Positions 47,310-60,000 of a stretch of DNA of 64,000 bases are shown here, piece by piece (the first letter of the stretch is position 1; every line of letters starts with the position of its first letter). The DNA lies in the NCBI RefSeq assembly GCF_006345805.1, contig NC_043026.1, positions 6,386,001 to 6,450,000 of the forward strand. The letters are read 5' to 3'. The translations under genes were made by a program, and so were the position numbers. This DNA is from Octopus sinensis. Taxonomy: Eukaryota. The notes beneath the pieces are model-generated. The model was given only the letters and a program-made list of their open reading frames with translations, was not told where the DNA came from and made no database searches.

Positions 47310-47925
47310 TTTTTTCACGTGTAACATTTTTCCCTCACTCAGAATTACCAAAACATGTAGGAAACTTCCCACATCAGCTATTATCTGTCTGGACACTGTA
47401 TCCTTCAGAAATTCAACGATTCCTTAAATTCCTTATCTGTGCACCCTTTTTCTTTTTACGACTCCTTTTGCTGGTCCTTTTTCTCCCTTTTTGTGTTGTA
47501 TTCTTGGTACTCTCCATGTACTTTCAGCTTTCCTTGCTGTCTTTTTTTACTTGACTTATATGTCTGCTTTCTGTCCCCTTTTTTCCCCTTTTCTAAACAA
47601 ATTGTAGGGTATCCGAGCACTGCAACATGTTTCTCTCACTCAGAATTACCAAAACATGTACGAAACTTCCCTATTATCTGTCTGGACACTGTATCCTTCA
47701 GAAATTCAACGATTCCTTAAATTCCCTAACACTACCCCTAATGTATCTGTGCACCCTTTTTCTTTTTATGACTCCTTTTGCTGGTCCCTTTTCGTGTTGT
47801 ATTCTCGGTACTCTCCATGTACTTTCAGCTCTCCTTGCTGTCTTTTTTTACTTGACTTATGTCTGCTTTCTGTCCCCTTTTTTTCCCCTTTTCTAACAAA
47901 TTCTAGGGTATCCGAGCACTGCATA
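47310..47925. repeat. Direct tandem duplication, ~300 bp x2
   Basis: ctcactcagaattaccaaaacatgta...agggtatccgagcactgca occurs twice. Confidence 0.85.
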
Positions 47926-48439
47926 CTTTAAGCCTGTTATTAGCCCATATCAACTTTGCCCTTCATCCTTTCGGCAGTCAATAAAATAAACACCAGTTCA
48001 ACACTAGGGGTCCATGAAATTACGTTAACCCCCAACCCCGAAATTGCTAGCCTTAAGCCCCACATTAAATTTCAGGCCCTGTGCCTATCGTAGAAAGAAT
48101 TATCATTCTTAGTGGTATTTCATCTGTCTTGACGTTCTGAGTTCAAATCCCGCCGAGGTCGACTTTGTCTTTCATCCTTTCAGGGGTCGATAAATTAAAT
48201 ACCGGCTTATCCCCCTCCCCATAAATTTCAGGCCCTGTGCCTATCGTAGAAAGAATTATCATTCTTAGTGGTATTTCATCTGTCTTGACGTTCTGAGTTC
48301 AAATCCCGCCGAGGTCGACTTTGTCTTTCATCCTTTCGGGGTCGATAAATTAAGTACTGGTTTATCCCCCTCCCCATAAATTTCAGGCCCTGTGCCTATC
48401 GTAGAAAGAATTATTATCATTGTTGATTCAACCCAGATT

Positions 48440-48690
48440 CGTTATTGTTCCTGCCAAAATTTCTGTGGGTAGCAGGGGTTACTACCTATAACCCTAGGTA
48501 ACCCCAATCTTTCAATAGTCTTTCAAATGCTTAAGATCCTTATGATCCTAAGAGGCAAACCTTCTGTAGAAGCTCTCTACAAGACATTCTTATCCAATTT
48601 CCTTCAACCATTTCTCTATATCTTCACTTACAGTTCCCAGAGCACCAAATATTACAGACAAAACATTTACTGTTTCCCTATTCAAAATTC
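48440..48690 (-). mobile_element. R4/Dong-like (restriction-like endonuclease) LINE 3' remnant
   Basis: VIFGALGTVSEDIEKWLKEIG...LLQKVCLLGS..RIL with stops and frameshifts. Confidence 0.7.
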
Positions 48691-49354
48691 TTGCACTTTA
48701 TTATTAATATCATTATTATTATTATCATTATTATTATTATTATCATCATTATTATTGTTGTTGTTGTTGTTGTTATTATTGTTATTGTTGCAACCATCAT
48801 CATTTTCTCATCCCTGAAATGTATATTGGAGGAATTAAATATCTGGCCCTTTCATTTCCAGCATCAAGCCTTAACTTTTCACGTTACCTAATTTTACATA
48901 AATTTACATAAATTGGGTTTCACATTTTAAAGACCGAAAATTGCTTAAAATAACTCATATACATGTGTGTGAGCGGGTTTGTGTGTGTGTGTTGTGTGTA
49001 TGCATGTGTGTGTATATATATATATATATATATAATATATATATATATATGCAAAAGAGGGTGGAATATAATTAATTTAATAAAATTAATAAATTTCACC
49101 TAGTAAATTTATCGGTATGGAAAAGACCATATTTGGTAAGGTTTATAATAATTATAATTAAGGGTTAATTACAACAAGTTGCTCAAAACCACATACCGAA
49201 AATATTAGAAATAGCAGCCAAATTGATCACTATTTCTCCTACTGTTTGTGGAGACTTTTTATTAGTAGGAGAAATAGTGATCAATTTGGCTGCTATTTCT
49301 AATATTTTCGGTATGTGGTTTTGAGCAACTTGTTGCAATTAACCCTTAATTATA

Positions 49355-49390
<36 letters not shown>

Positions 49391-49865
49391 AAATACAGTG
49401 TACATTTAAACACAATAAGAGGTATCCATCATAGGACTCCCTAACGCTAGAAGGAACAGCTAAAGTTCCCTTTGAGATTTTATCCCTAATTAGTGGTTTG
49501 GACTTTAGCTGTTCCTTCTAGCATAATGGAGTCCTATGATGGATACCTCTTATTGTGTTTAAACGTACACTGTATTATATATATATAGTCTATTGACTAA
49601 TTTTTCTTTACACTAGGCCACTGGTAGTAAAAATTTCTAAAATATTTATTACCCTATATATATATAAATATATATATATATTTACCATATATGGGCATTG
49701 ATTTTCTGAGTTTGTCCACACATTGATGAGTTTTTGCTTTCCGTTCCTCAAAACCCCACCCTAGTCAGTGACCAACCTAACTATGAAAAAAAGTAAAGGT
49801 AACATTATTTTCTTGGGTCATTCTGGCTCGTAAGGGCCGGTTTCCAAGACATATAAATTGCCCAC

Positions 49866-49952
49866 TACCTCTGAAGAGATTCGACTTTCAAGTAATTTTT
49901 GATTTAATTAATTAATTTTCTGAAGGTCTAGAATTGAAACAGCTGTAAGGGA
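49866..49952 (+). ncRNA. Type I hammerhead motif with long stem II
   Basis: CCU-CUGAAGA-GAUUC-GACUUUCA...UGAAGGUC-UA-GAAUU-GAA-ACAGCUGU-A|AGG, followed by AAUAAA. Confidence 0.7.
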
Positions 49953-50085
49953 TGTTTGTCAGTTTTTGAATTAATAAATAATAATTTATTAATTACCTCT
50001 CTATTTTCTCATCTTATTATAATATATGTATTGGATCGTTAGCCCCTACACGCAATTTTTTCTCTCCTTGTTTCTTTTCTGTGTA

Positions 50086-50123
50086 TCTTTCTGACGAAGA
50101 GCGTAGGCTCGAAACGTAAAAGA
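50086..50123 (+). ncRNA. Minimal type I hammerhead ribozyme motif
   Basis: UCUUU-CUGACGA-A-GAGC(GUAG)GCUC-GAA-ACGU-A|AAAGA; stems I and II fully paired. Confidence 0.8.
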
Positions 50124-50227
50124 CTTGTTCTATTTCTATTCCTGAGCGCCATACAAATACATTTGTTTGTTTGTACACCACCTGCCTTCGTCTTTTGTTT
50201 ATTTTTGTAAACCTTCCCGTTATATAT

Positions 50228-50259
<32 letters not shown>

Positions 50260-50784
50260 TATATAAAATCCATTCTGTCTGTCTGTGTGTCTGTCTTCTA
50301 AGATCTCGGGCATCCTCCATCCAATTGCGCTCAAATTTGATATGTAGATACCGACGGTATCCGGGCATGGATAAGTCTTGGAAAAATTACAAAAATCGAT
50401 TCCAGGTGAGAATGCGATCGATAAAGCCATGGGAAATCGTTTTCTTTGGAATATATGTATATATATACATACACACACTCATATATATGTTTATATATAT
50501 ATATATATATATGGACAAAAGAGCATAACACTATTTTTCTTTTTTCTTTTCTTCTGTTGTTTCATCCTTCCACTATTTGTATTTACTTTTTTCTTGTTTT
50601 TTGTTTTTTCTCGTGTTTTCCTTTGTCCTATCATCCTGGTTTGTAAATTGTATAGTCCATGTGCTCAGAACCAGAAGACTGATTGGAGACACAATGTATG
50701 CCATTATAACTGGCCTAGATTACATCTCCAAAGCATGTTACTATTAGCAGCTCATAACTGTAATGTGTACATTCAATAAAATTA

Positions 50785-51167
50785 TCTCTCTATATATAAA
50801 CGGCAGTTTGTCTGTGCGTGTTTCTGAGTGTCTGTTTGGTTGTACCCTCACCCTGACCACGGCTTTCAACTGATTCTGATGAAACTTGACACACACATAG
50901 CCCAATGTCATAATTCAAAACTAACGCAGCGAAAATTTTGAAAAGTTCCCCCAGTTCTGAAAAAAATTGATAAATTCGACATGGGGTCGAGAATCAGAAA
51001 CACAAACCGCAAACTGTCTAGGGGACGCAACTCCACCTTTTTTAACTAAAAAAAAAATTTACCATAATTTTTTTCCATTTTTTTTCTATTTTTTGGCTAT
51101 AACTCTCTAAAAATGCTTTATAGTTATTTCCCTTACAAACCTGAGCAACGCCGGGCGATACTGCTAG
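50785..51167 (+). mobile_element. Non-autonomous Helitron sharing its 3' end with 30273-30577
   Basis: A|TC...GAGCAACGCCGGGCGATACTGCTAG|T. Confidence 0.8.
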
Positions 51168-53474
51168 TATATATATATATCAAAGTACAAGTGAGGCTAT
51201 AAACCTTGGAGGGATAAAAATATCCAAGATTTGACTGGTTGAAAGCCTAACAAAGCAGATACATATACTATTATTGATATTATAGAAAACAAGAGAGAAG
51301 ATGGAGATAAGATTAATAAAAGTTTATTAACATTGACAAGATAGGACCTACAATTGTTTCAATTCATCACTTGCAGACAAACATATGGCTGTATATATAT
51401 TAGATGGGTGCTGATGAAGGAGCTAAAATTCCTGAAATCTGTCATATAAGCCCGTTACCCAATTTTCACTGGTGGTGCTCCAGCATGGCTACAGCCTTAG
51501 GGCTACAATGTATAAAAGAACAAAAGCATGCATGATTTGGGTGTGACAGAGATGGAGGGGAAAGACTTCTTTAATATTTGCACGCTATACTCAAGCACAT
51601 TTTTTTCAAGGTTCTTCCAAATCTGTAAAACTTATCCCTTTTTCTTTTCTTTTCTCCAATTTCTCCCATTTTCTAAAACCCTTTCAAAAACACATCATCA
51701 TCATCATAATAACTATAATTCTCAAGGTCATAGGTTACAAAAAAAAAGCGGTTGAGCATCAAGCAAAAACAACTTGTGTTATTTATTTCGGTTGTTTACA
51801 TTTCAAGTTCATATCCTACCAAGGTTAACATTGCCTTCGTCCACCCAGGGGTCAGTGAAATAAAATAATACTTCAATAACAGGACCCATCTAATCAAGTC
51901 TAAACCCCTTCTGTTATGTAGACAATGCCTTGCTAAAAAATATCAGCTGTTGCTTTAAACAGGGCTCTGTGGCTGAGTGGTTAAGGTACTTGCCTAATGA
52001 TCATAAGGCCATGAGTTCAATTCCTGGAGACACACTGTATCTTTGGGCAAGGCACTTTATTTCACATTACTCCACTCCATTGAGTTGTACCTGAAATTCA
52101 GTGGGGGAAGCAGCCTTTGGTTCTTTACGTTGCAAGTTCAAACCCAGCCAAGATCAATGTTTTACTCTTAAGAAAAGGCGATATTTTTTCTTAATTTTCT
52201 TTTTTTTAAGGCAGCGAGCTGGCAGAATTGTTAGCATACTGGGCAAAAATGTTTAACAGTTTTTTGTCTGCTGCTACATTCTGAGTTCAAATTCCACCCA
52301 GGTCGACTTTGCCTTTCATCCTTTCGGGGTTGATTAAGTAAATCCAGAAAATCTGAGCAATGAAATTATTTCATGAAGAGTATATAAAAGCATACAGTCA
52401 GAGGTCAATATGTATTTAACCACTTGACTTCAATAGGATTACAGCTGTTTCACAACTTTTCATGTAGTATTAATTTTTAGGATGAAATAATGCTCTGCAT
52501 TATGCAGTACAAATGTATATTCACAGATTAATACAAATAAAGAAATGTAGCTCATCAATTCACCAGGACATAATGGTTACTCCAATAATTCAACTCTAAA
52601 TGTACACACAAAATTTCCTCTTAATATATATATATATATGAAAGACTGAAACTGCTCAAAATAAGATTGATTTGGTCAGTAAAAATAAAGGTATATTGCT
52701 TCATATTAATTAAATTAGAGTGATAGATATAAATTTAAGCAATCAACTATTCTTAGAAACAAGAAGAAATAAGAAGTGAAGGTAAAATAGATAATATAAA
52801 AAATAAATAGTGTAAATGGATATACTCTTTTACTTGTTTCAGTCATTTGACTGCGGCCATGCTGGAGCACCGCCAGTACTTATTCTATCGGTCTCTTTTG
52901 CTGAACCGCTAAGTGACGGGGACGTAAACACACCAGCATCGGTTGTCAAGCAATGCTAGGTGGACAAACACAGACACAAACACATACACACACATATATA
53001 TATACATATATACGACGGGCTTCTTTCAGTTTCCGTCTACCAAATCCACTCACAAGGCTTTGGTCGGCCCGGGGCTATAGTAGAAGACACTTGCCCAAGG
53101 TGCCACACAGTGGGACTGAACCCGAAACCATGTGGTTGGTATAAAAATATAAGCAAATAATATAAATGAATTTTTAGCCAAAGTAATTCTATAGACAGGT
53201 AATGGAGAACGAAGCAATCAGATCAAGGGTAAGATAGGTGGAACTGAGAAATAGCAATCAACGTCAGTAAAGTTATGGTGTGAACAACATCACAAAAATA
53301 TCACAGAAAGAAATTGAACTTACAAGAATTCTAACCTATTAAGTACACCTTAAATATAGTTTCCAACCCATTGGCCTGGAGTAAACCAAAAACATACTCA
53401 CACATACATAGAAGTACATCTACAGAAGCATAAACATATATAAAAGAATATGCACACACATATACACATACACA

Positions 53475-53855
53475 GTGGAGGCGCAATGGCCCAGTGGTTA
53501 AGGCAGCAGACTCGCAGACGGAGGATCGCGGTTTCGATTCCCAGACCGGGCATTGTGTGTGTTTATTGAGAGAAAACACCTAAACGCTCCACGAGGCTCC
53601 GGCAGGGGTTGGTGACGACCCCTGTTGTATTCTTTCACCACAATTTTCTCTCACTCTTTCTTCCTGTTTCTGTTGTACCTGTATTTCAAAGGGGCCAGCC
53701 TTGTCACACTTTGTGTCACGCTGACTCTCCCCAAGGACTACGTTAAGGGTACACGTGTCTGTGGAGTACTCAACCACTTGCACATTAATTTCACGAGCAG
53801 GCTGTTCCATTGATCGGATCAACTGGGGCCCTTTTTGTAGTAACCCACGAAGCGC
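53475..53855 (+). mobile_element. tRNA-derived SINE family D; the body is also tandemly duplicated at ~34215-34735
   Basis: GGAGGCGCAATGGCCCAGTGGTTAAGGC (A box)...GGTTTCGATTCCC (B box); shared body. Confidence 0.8.
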
Positions 53856-54514
53856 CACAATATATATTTATATATGTATGATGGGCTTCTTTTAGATTCC
53901 ATCTACCAAATCCACTTTCAAGGCTTATTCGAACCAGGGCTAATTGTAGAAGACACTTGCCGAAGATGCCGTGCAGTGGAACTGAACCCAGCATCATTTG
54001 GTCACAAAGCAAATTCCTTAGCTACGCAGCCACACTTAAGAGAGACAAAAAGTAAGGGAAACGGTGAGAGTGATTCGAATTCTTTGGTACAGCAGAGCAA
54101 ATTCAGGGGGGTTGGGGATGGAGTGGGAGACTCCAAATTATGTTGGAGGAGGGGGTAGGGTCCCCCTCTTGCCTTGATTCAGTACCATTTCTTTGTTGAT
54201 ATTTTATTGTTATATCTATTGTTTTTTGTTGATTTTTTTTCTTCTTTTTATTTTTTACCTTCTTTTCACTCAATCTAAAAAAAAAAGAAAAACCCGGCAC
54301 TGGGTTGGTTTACATCCCTCTATTACTCTCCCCGGAATCTTGTGGGGAATTTTCTGGCCAATAAAAAATTATTATTGTTATTGTTGTTGTTGTTGTTATT
54401 GAGTGAGGGAGCCTTGCATGCCATCAAAGTGACACTGGGGTACAAATATATGAAGCCCGGTATACCCATCATGACTACCCGTCTGATAAGGGGTCACCTG
54501 GCACATGCATCACA

Positions 54515-54778
54515 TCATCATCATCATTGTTCGACCGTGGTCGAGACAATGGAATTTACCATGCTACGCCAGACTTCACGGTCCATCATGGCATTACGGA
54601 GGTCCTGTTGCTGGATGCCTGTATCCCTGGAGATTACATCAGGGTAGGAGAGTGTGCGCCCTCTGGTATTGCGAGCAGATGGCTTCCAGAGGAGAAGAGC
54701 AGAAATTACCTCTTTTTCAGCTCTACAACAATGTCCAGCAAACTGGACTCTTCTACCTTTCACAAGAGATGACACAGG
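54515..54778 (-). mobile_element. 5'-truncated RTE insertion with TSD TGCATCACA
   Basis: Same family as 21965-22440; splits the 45875-type repeat. Confidence 0.85.
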
Positions 54779-54924
54779 TGCATCACAACCATATGTACGT
54801 GACAAGGTGAACTCATATCAAGATAAACAGTGCATGGCCTTGCAGGTGGGGCCCAGTTAGAATTTTCCTCAGGTCGAGTAGCCTATCCCACTCAAAAGGT
54901 CCCTGAATAATGTCCCTCTTGTGG

Positions 54925-55070
54925 ACATTTCTGTGGGAACACTTGCCAGAGCCACTCATCTCTAGGTGGAGATCTCACTTCGGCGTGCCCTCTGGAATTA
55001 CTACTGATCGTGGATGCCAATTTGAAGCTTGTCTGTTCTGTGCACTTTCAAGATTACTCAGAGTTCGGAT
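54925..55070 (+). mobile_element. Gypsy LTR-retrotransposon integrase remnant
   Basis: SRWRSHFGVPSGITTDRGCQFEACLF matches the W...FGVP..ITTDRG.QFE..LF integrase core. Confidence 0.75.
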
Positions 55071-56675
55071 GGCACTAGAGCGTGAGATTCTGACATGAGA
55101 CCTTACAACTTTCTCTTTTCTTGCCAAGACGTCAGACCGTAAAGACATAATCTGGTCGGCTCTCTGATACCACACATCAGCTAGCAGACAGGAGACAACG
55201 CCTCCACACATCAACCATTTCCATTTGTCATTCAGCTTGTGTATATATATATATATATATATATCACTGCGTGGCATCTTGGGCAAGTGTCTTCTGCTAT
55301 AGCCCCGGGCCGACCAATGCCTTGTGAGTGGATTTGGTAGACGGAAACTGAAAGAAGCCTGTCGTATATATGTATATATGTATGTGTACGTGTGTGTGTC
55401 TGTGTTTGTCCCCCTAGCATTGCTTGACAACCGATGCTGGTGTGTTTACGTCCCCGTCATTTAGCGGTTCGGCAAAAGAGACCGATAGAATAAGTACTGG
55501 GCTTACAAAGAATAAGTCCCGGGGTCGATTTGCTCGACTAAAGGTGGTGCTCCAGCATGGCCACAGTCAAATGACTGAAACAAGTAAAAGAGTAAAAGAG
55601 TATACAGCAAACATACCCTTCCCCACAGATATATAAAAAAAGGGTTTCTTTTTTCTTCAGAAATGTAAATAAACCCACATGGGTTTATAATTGGCAGTTA
55701 CGGTACTTGTACCGAAAGATCGCCGATTCTTGTTAGCTCGCTACTTTTTTTCTCGATACAATATTAAAAAAAGAAAAATCGAAGACTGGGGCCCCAATCT
55801 GTAGTTACGCTCATATAGTCAGTGGGGCTCTATTCTGTAGATATTCCTTCTATAATTTCATTTAGACGTTATCTTTAAAAGCAGAGGATAAGGCCAAAGT
55901 ATCAAGTTCCAATGTTTCTAATCTACGCAAATAATTCTAGGGAGAGAGAGAGAGAGGGAGAGGGAGATTGTTATAAATAACTCAAGTGAAGGAAGAAGGG
56001 ATTAAGGAATACCGAAAGGGATTTAAGGAAGTGAAGCAACGATGGAAGAGCGGTGAAGGGCGAAAATACGTTAGCACCGAAATAAAGTTCCGAGTCACGT
56101 ATACTCGGATTTGCTGTACAGTGATTAACAACCCTTGATACCCGGCGACCCCAGACCCGCCCCTACACAATAGGATCAAAGTCCAACGAATAAATAAATA
56201 AAAAAAAATAATAATAAATAAAAAAAATGAAAATAAAACATGCATGTACATGTATGTAAATATATATATATATGTGTGTGTATATATTTGATAGTGTTTA
56301 TATAAGTATGTATGTATGTATGTGTGTGTGTATATATGTGTCAACCACGCTCCAGTAGCGGTGCCCCAGCATGGCCACAGCCTCCAGCAACGCGCGCACG
56401 CACACACGGACATATACATTACACACACACAGCCGCATTCATTTCATTGTTCGGCCTTGGCTCACAACACAAACAAACATACACATACATATACACACAC
56501 ACACACACACACTCACGTACAACACACATACATATATACACACATATATATATATATACACATATGTACACATGCACAAAGTTTGACTTCAGTTAACACG
56601 CGCACCAAGACACTAACAGGGAAGAAAATCTAGGTGAGTGTATACACATACGAATATATATATATATATATATGG

Positions 56676-56731
<56 letters not shown>

Positions 56732-56965
56732 ATGTATGGCTGTGTTTGTGTTAAACATGAATATGTATTTTTAATATATCTACTTTTATAATTCGTCTGG
56801 TCTGTAATTATATCTCGCTCGCACTCCCCTATATTACACATAATATATATATTATATATATATATATGCATTTATATACATACATACCTATATATATATA
56901 TATTATAACTTGGTGGAACATGTGTATGTATATGTGTTGTATATGCATGTATGTATATGTGTATA

Positions 56966-57009
<44 letters not shown>

Positions 57010-60000
57010 TATGTAGAAACATACATCTATTGTATATATACATATATAGGTATATATATACATATGTATGTATATATACAGTACATGTATGTTTCTACAT
57101 GTAAAGTGTGTATATATATTTGTAAATGAGAAAAAACTGATTCTTTTTCTAAATATTTAAATCATTTAAAATCCTAATTACGAAGTACTAATTGCATTTC
57201 TGCTAAATATTAATTAAATACGTATTTATTTCTTCTGTCGTCGAACCTTGCAGCTTCGGTCCAGGCAGATCTTACACGTAAACTAAATCCAAACGTGACC
57301 ATCCCGTCTGTAATTCCAAAGCATTGTCTCCCGAAGACTGCTGTCGGTATTTAATTAGTCCTTCATCTAAATTACAGTCTATTTAATTAAGCGATGGGAT
57401 GTTGACTGCTATTTTTACTTACCCCGGCGACCACATCAGGCCACCTAGTTATTTAAACAGCCTACACCCTCATCATTTCGCCCCTGATTGCATCCTACTG
57501 CGGGGAAAAGCATTCCATCCGAGACCATCCCATCAATCTATCATATCTTAATATAATTCTTGTAAATCCTTGGCCCGGCTTTCTTTAAATTTGCTTCGGT
57601 GGTTGGGTGTTGACTGCTATTTCCGCCTTCTCGAGCGACCACGTAGAAGCCCCATACTCATTGTATGTTCTATACAGCGCTCCATCCGTAATTATCCCAT
57701 CTAATATATATCCTTCATCCATCTCTCTTTTTTATGTAATCGATGCTGACTGTTATTTCTAGCTTTCTTGCGACCACATAATAGATTCCTATACGCAGCA
57801 TATACTATATAGCGTCCCATCCGTGACCATGTCATCTAATAGATATATATACAATCAAACTGTTAACTACCGATCTATTTCTAGCCTTCTACTGACCACA
57901 CTAAAGCCTCCTACACGTGGCATGTTCCATATAGCGTTCCATCCATGCCCATCGCATCTTATATCTTTACACACACACGTAATTGGTCTTTCGCTCGTGT
58001 ATTGATGCAATCGGCTTTTAGAAAGCTGACTGCTATTTCTACCTGTCCGAGCGACCACGCAAAAGCCCCAGACACGTGTCATGCTCTCTACAGCATTCCG
58101 TCCGTGACTGTCCCACTTTATATTTCTACCTTAGTCCCTCACCCACAGGTGGTTGGAGGCTGACTGTTATTTCTAGCCGTCTTGTGATCACATTAACCGG
58201 TTTCCTTCGGACCTGTACTCGTGGAATATTCTCTGTAACAAAAGGTACGTGCTTAGCTATTTCGATGGCCATCCCCGTCTACCAATTCGTCCCGGAACGA
58301 GCAGAACTATGAGAAAAAGCGTCCCATGCGCGACCATTCCATCTATCATATATCTGCCATTAGATTACCTTACATTTAATCGTAGAATTCTTTTTTTTTC
58401 ACTCGTGGAATCTTGGTGTTTCGGTTCCATCGCAACCGTACAGGTCTTTGATATATGGCAGGGGCTGAGGTCGACTTTGCCTTTCATCCTTTCGGAGTCG
58501 ATAAATTAAGTACCAGTTACGCACTGGGGTCGATATAATCGACTCAATCCCTTTGTCTATCCTTGTTTGTCCTCTCTGTATTTAGCCCCTTGTGGGTAGT
58601 AAAGAAATAGGTATTTCATCTGCTGCTTATATTCTGAGTTCAAATTCCGCCGAGGTCGACTTTGCCTTTCATCCTTTCAGGGTTGATAAATTCAGTACCA
58701 GTTACGCACTGGGGTCGATATAATCGTCTTAATCCGTTTGTCTGTCCTTGTTTGTCCCCTCTATGTTTAGCCCCTTGTGGATAATAAAGAAATAGATATA
58801 AGGCAGGGGTTCCCAGCCATTTTTTATCCATGGACCCCTTCAATTATTATTTTATTCTGGTGGACCCTTCCCCTCCGTAGCCATTAGATGTTGGTCAAAC
58901 TATCATCTTTATTTTTCTTTCTTTTTTTACTTGTTTCAGTCATTTGACTGTGGCCATGCTGGTGCACCACCTTTAATCGAGCAACTCGACCCCGGAACTT
59001 ATTCTTTTTGTAAGCCCAGTACTTATTCTATCGGTCTCTTTTGCCGAACCGCTAAGTTACGGGGAGGTAAACACACCAGCATCGGTTGTCAATCAATGCT
59101 GGGGGGACAAACACAGACACACAAACATACACGCACATACATATATAATAATATATACGACGGGCTTCTTTCAGTTTCCGTCTACCATATCCACTCACAA
59201 GGCTTTGGTTGGCCCAAGGCTATAGCAGAAGACACTTGCCCAAGATGCCACGCAGTGGGACTGAACCCGGAACCATGTGGTTGGTTAGCAAGCTACTTAC
59301 CACACAGCCACTCCTGCGCCTGTTGGTCTTCCCTAAACAACCTTGCTTGGACTTGTGCCTCGGAGGGTAATTTTCTAGGTGCAATCCCATGGTCATTCAT
59401 TACTGAAGGGGGTCTTCCATATACACACTCACACACACACACATCTATATATACACACAAATAACTTGCATTTTGTGGTTCACTGCACCTGTTTCAGGTG
59501 CGTTGGACAAATTTAGGTCAGAAGAATCAAATGGTTCTTTATACTTGTCCCTGAGGTGTTCAAAATGTTTAATTCTTACTCTTTTACTTGTTTCAGTCAT
59601 TGGACTGTGGCCACGCTGTTTTTTGCATGATGTAACAATTTTGTCCAATGAAAATCACATTTGAAACAGCCAGGAGCGAACCACAATACATTTGTTGTGG
59701 TTTCTTTATTATTCATATAATCCTGACATACAATCTGTTTCGGTTGAGTGCAGCAGGTCTATCACTGGGTGATCTTGATGATTCACTCTATATTCACTCA
59801 ACCGTTTGCAATTGTACGCCCAACTGAAATACAAATTTGTTTTTACTTTAATAAGTAAAAAAAAAAAAAAATCGTATGAATATTGTAGTTGTGATACCCG
59901 TGCTGGTGGTATGTAGGGCCCCACAGCGGAAATGACGAAGACCGAGACCCCCGAGATATGCTGTGACTGTGAAGACCCAACAAATGAAGTGAGTTCATGG

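Noticed and set aside
48620-48690. Minus-strand GTAAGTG donor suggesting an exon of another gene
   Set aside because: Lies within a decayed R4/Dong-like LINE coding remnant
51962-52030. tRNA-like sequence (also 53475-53550)
   Set aside because: SINE heads with A/B boxes; no complete cloverleaf, and they continue into repeat bodies
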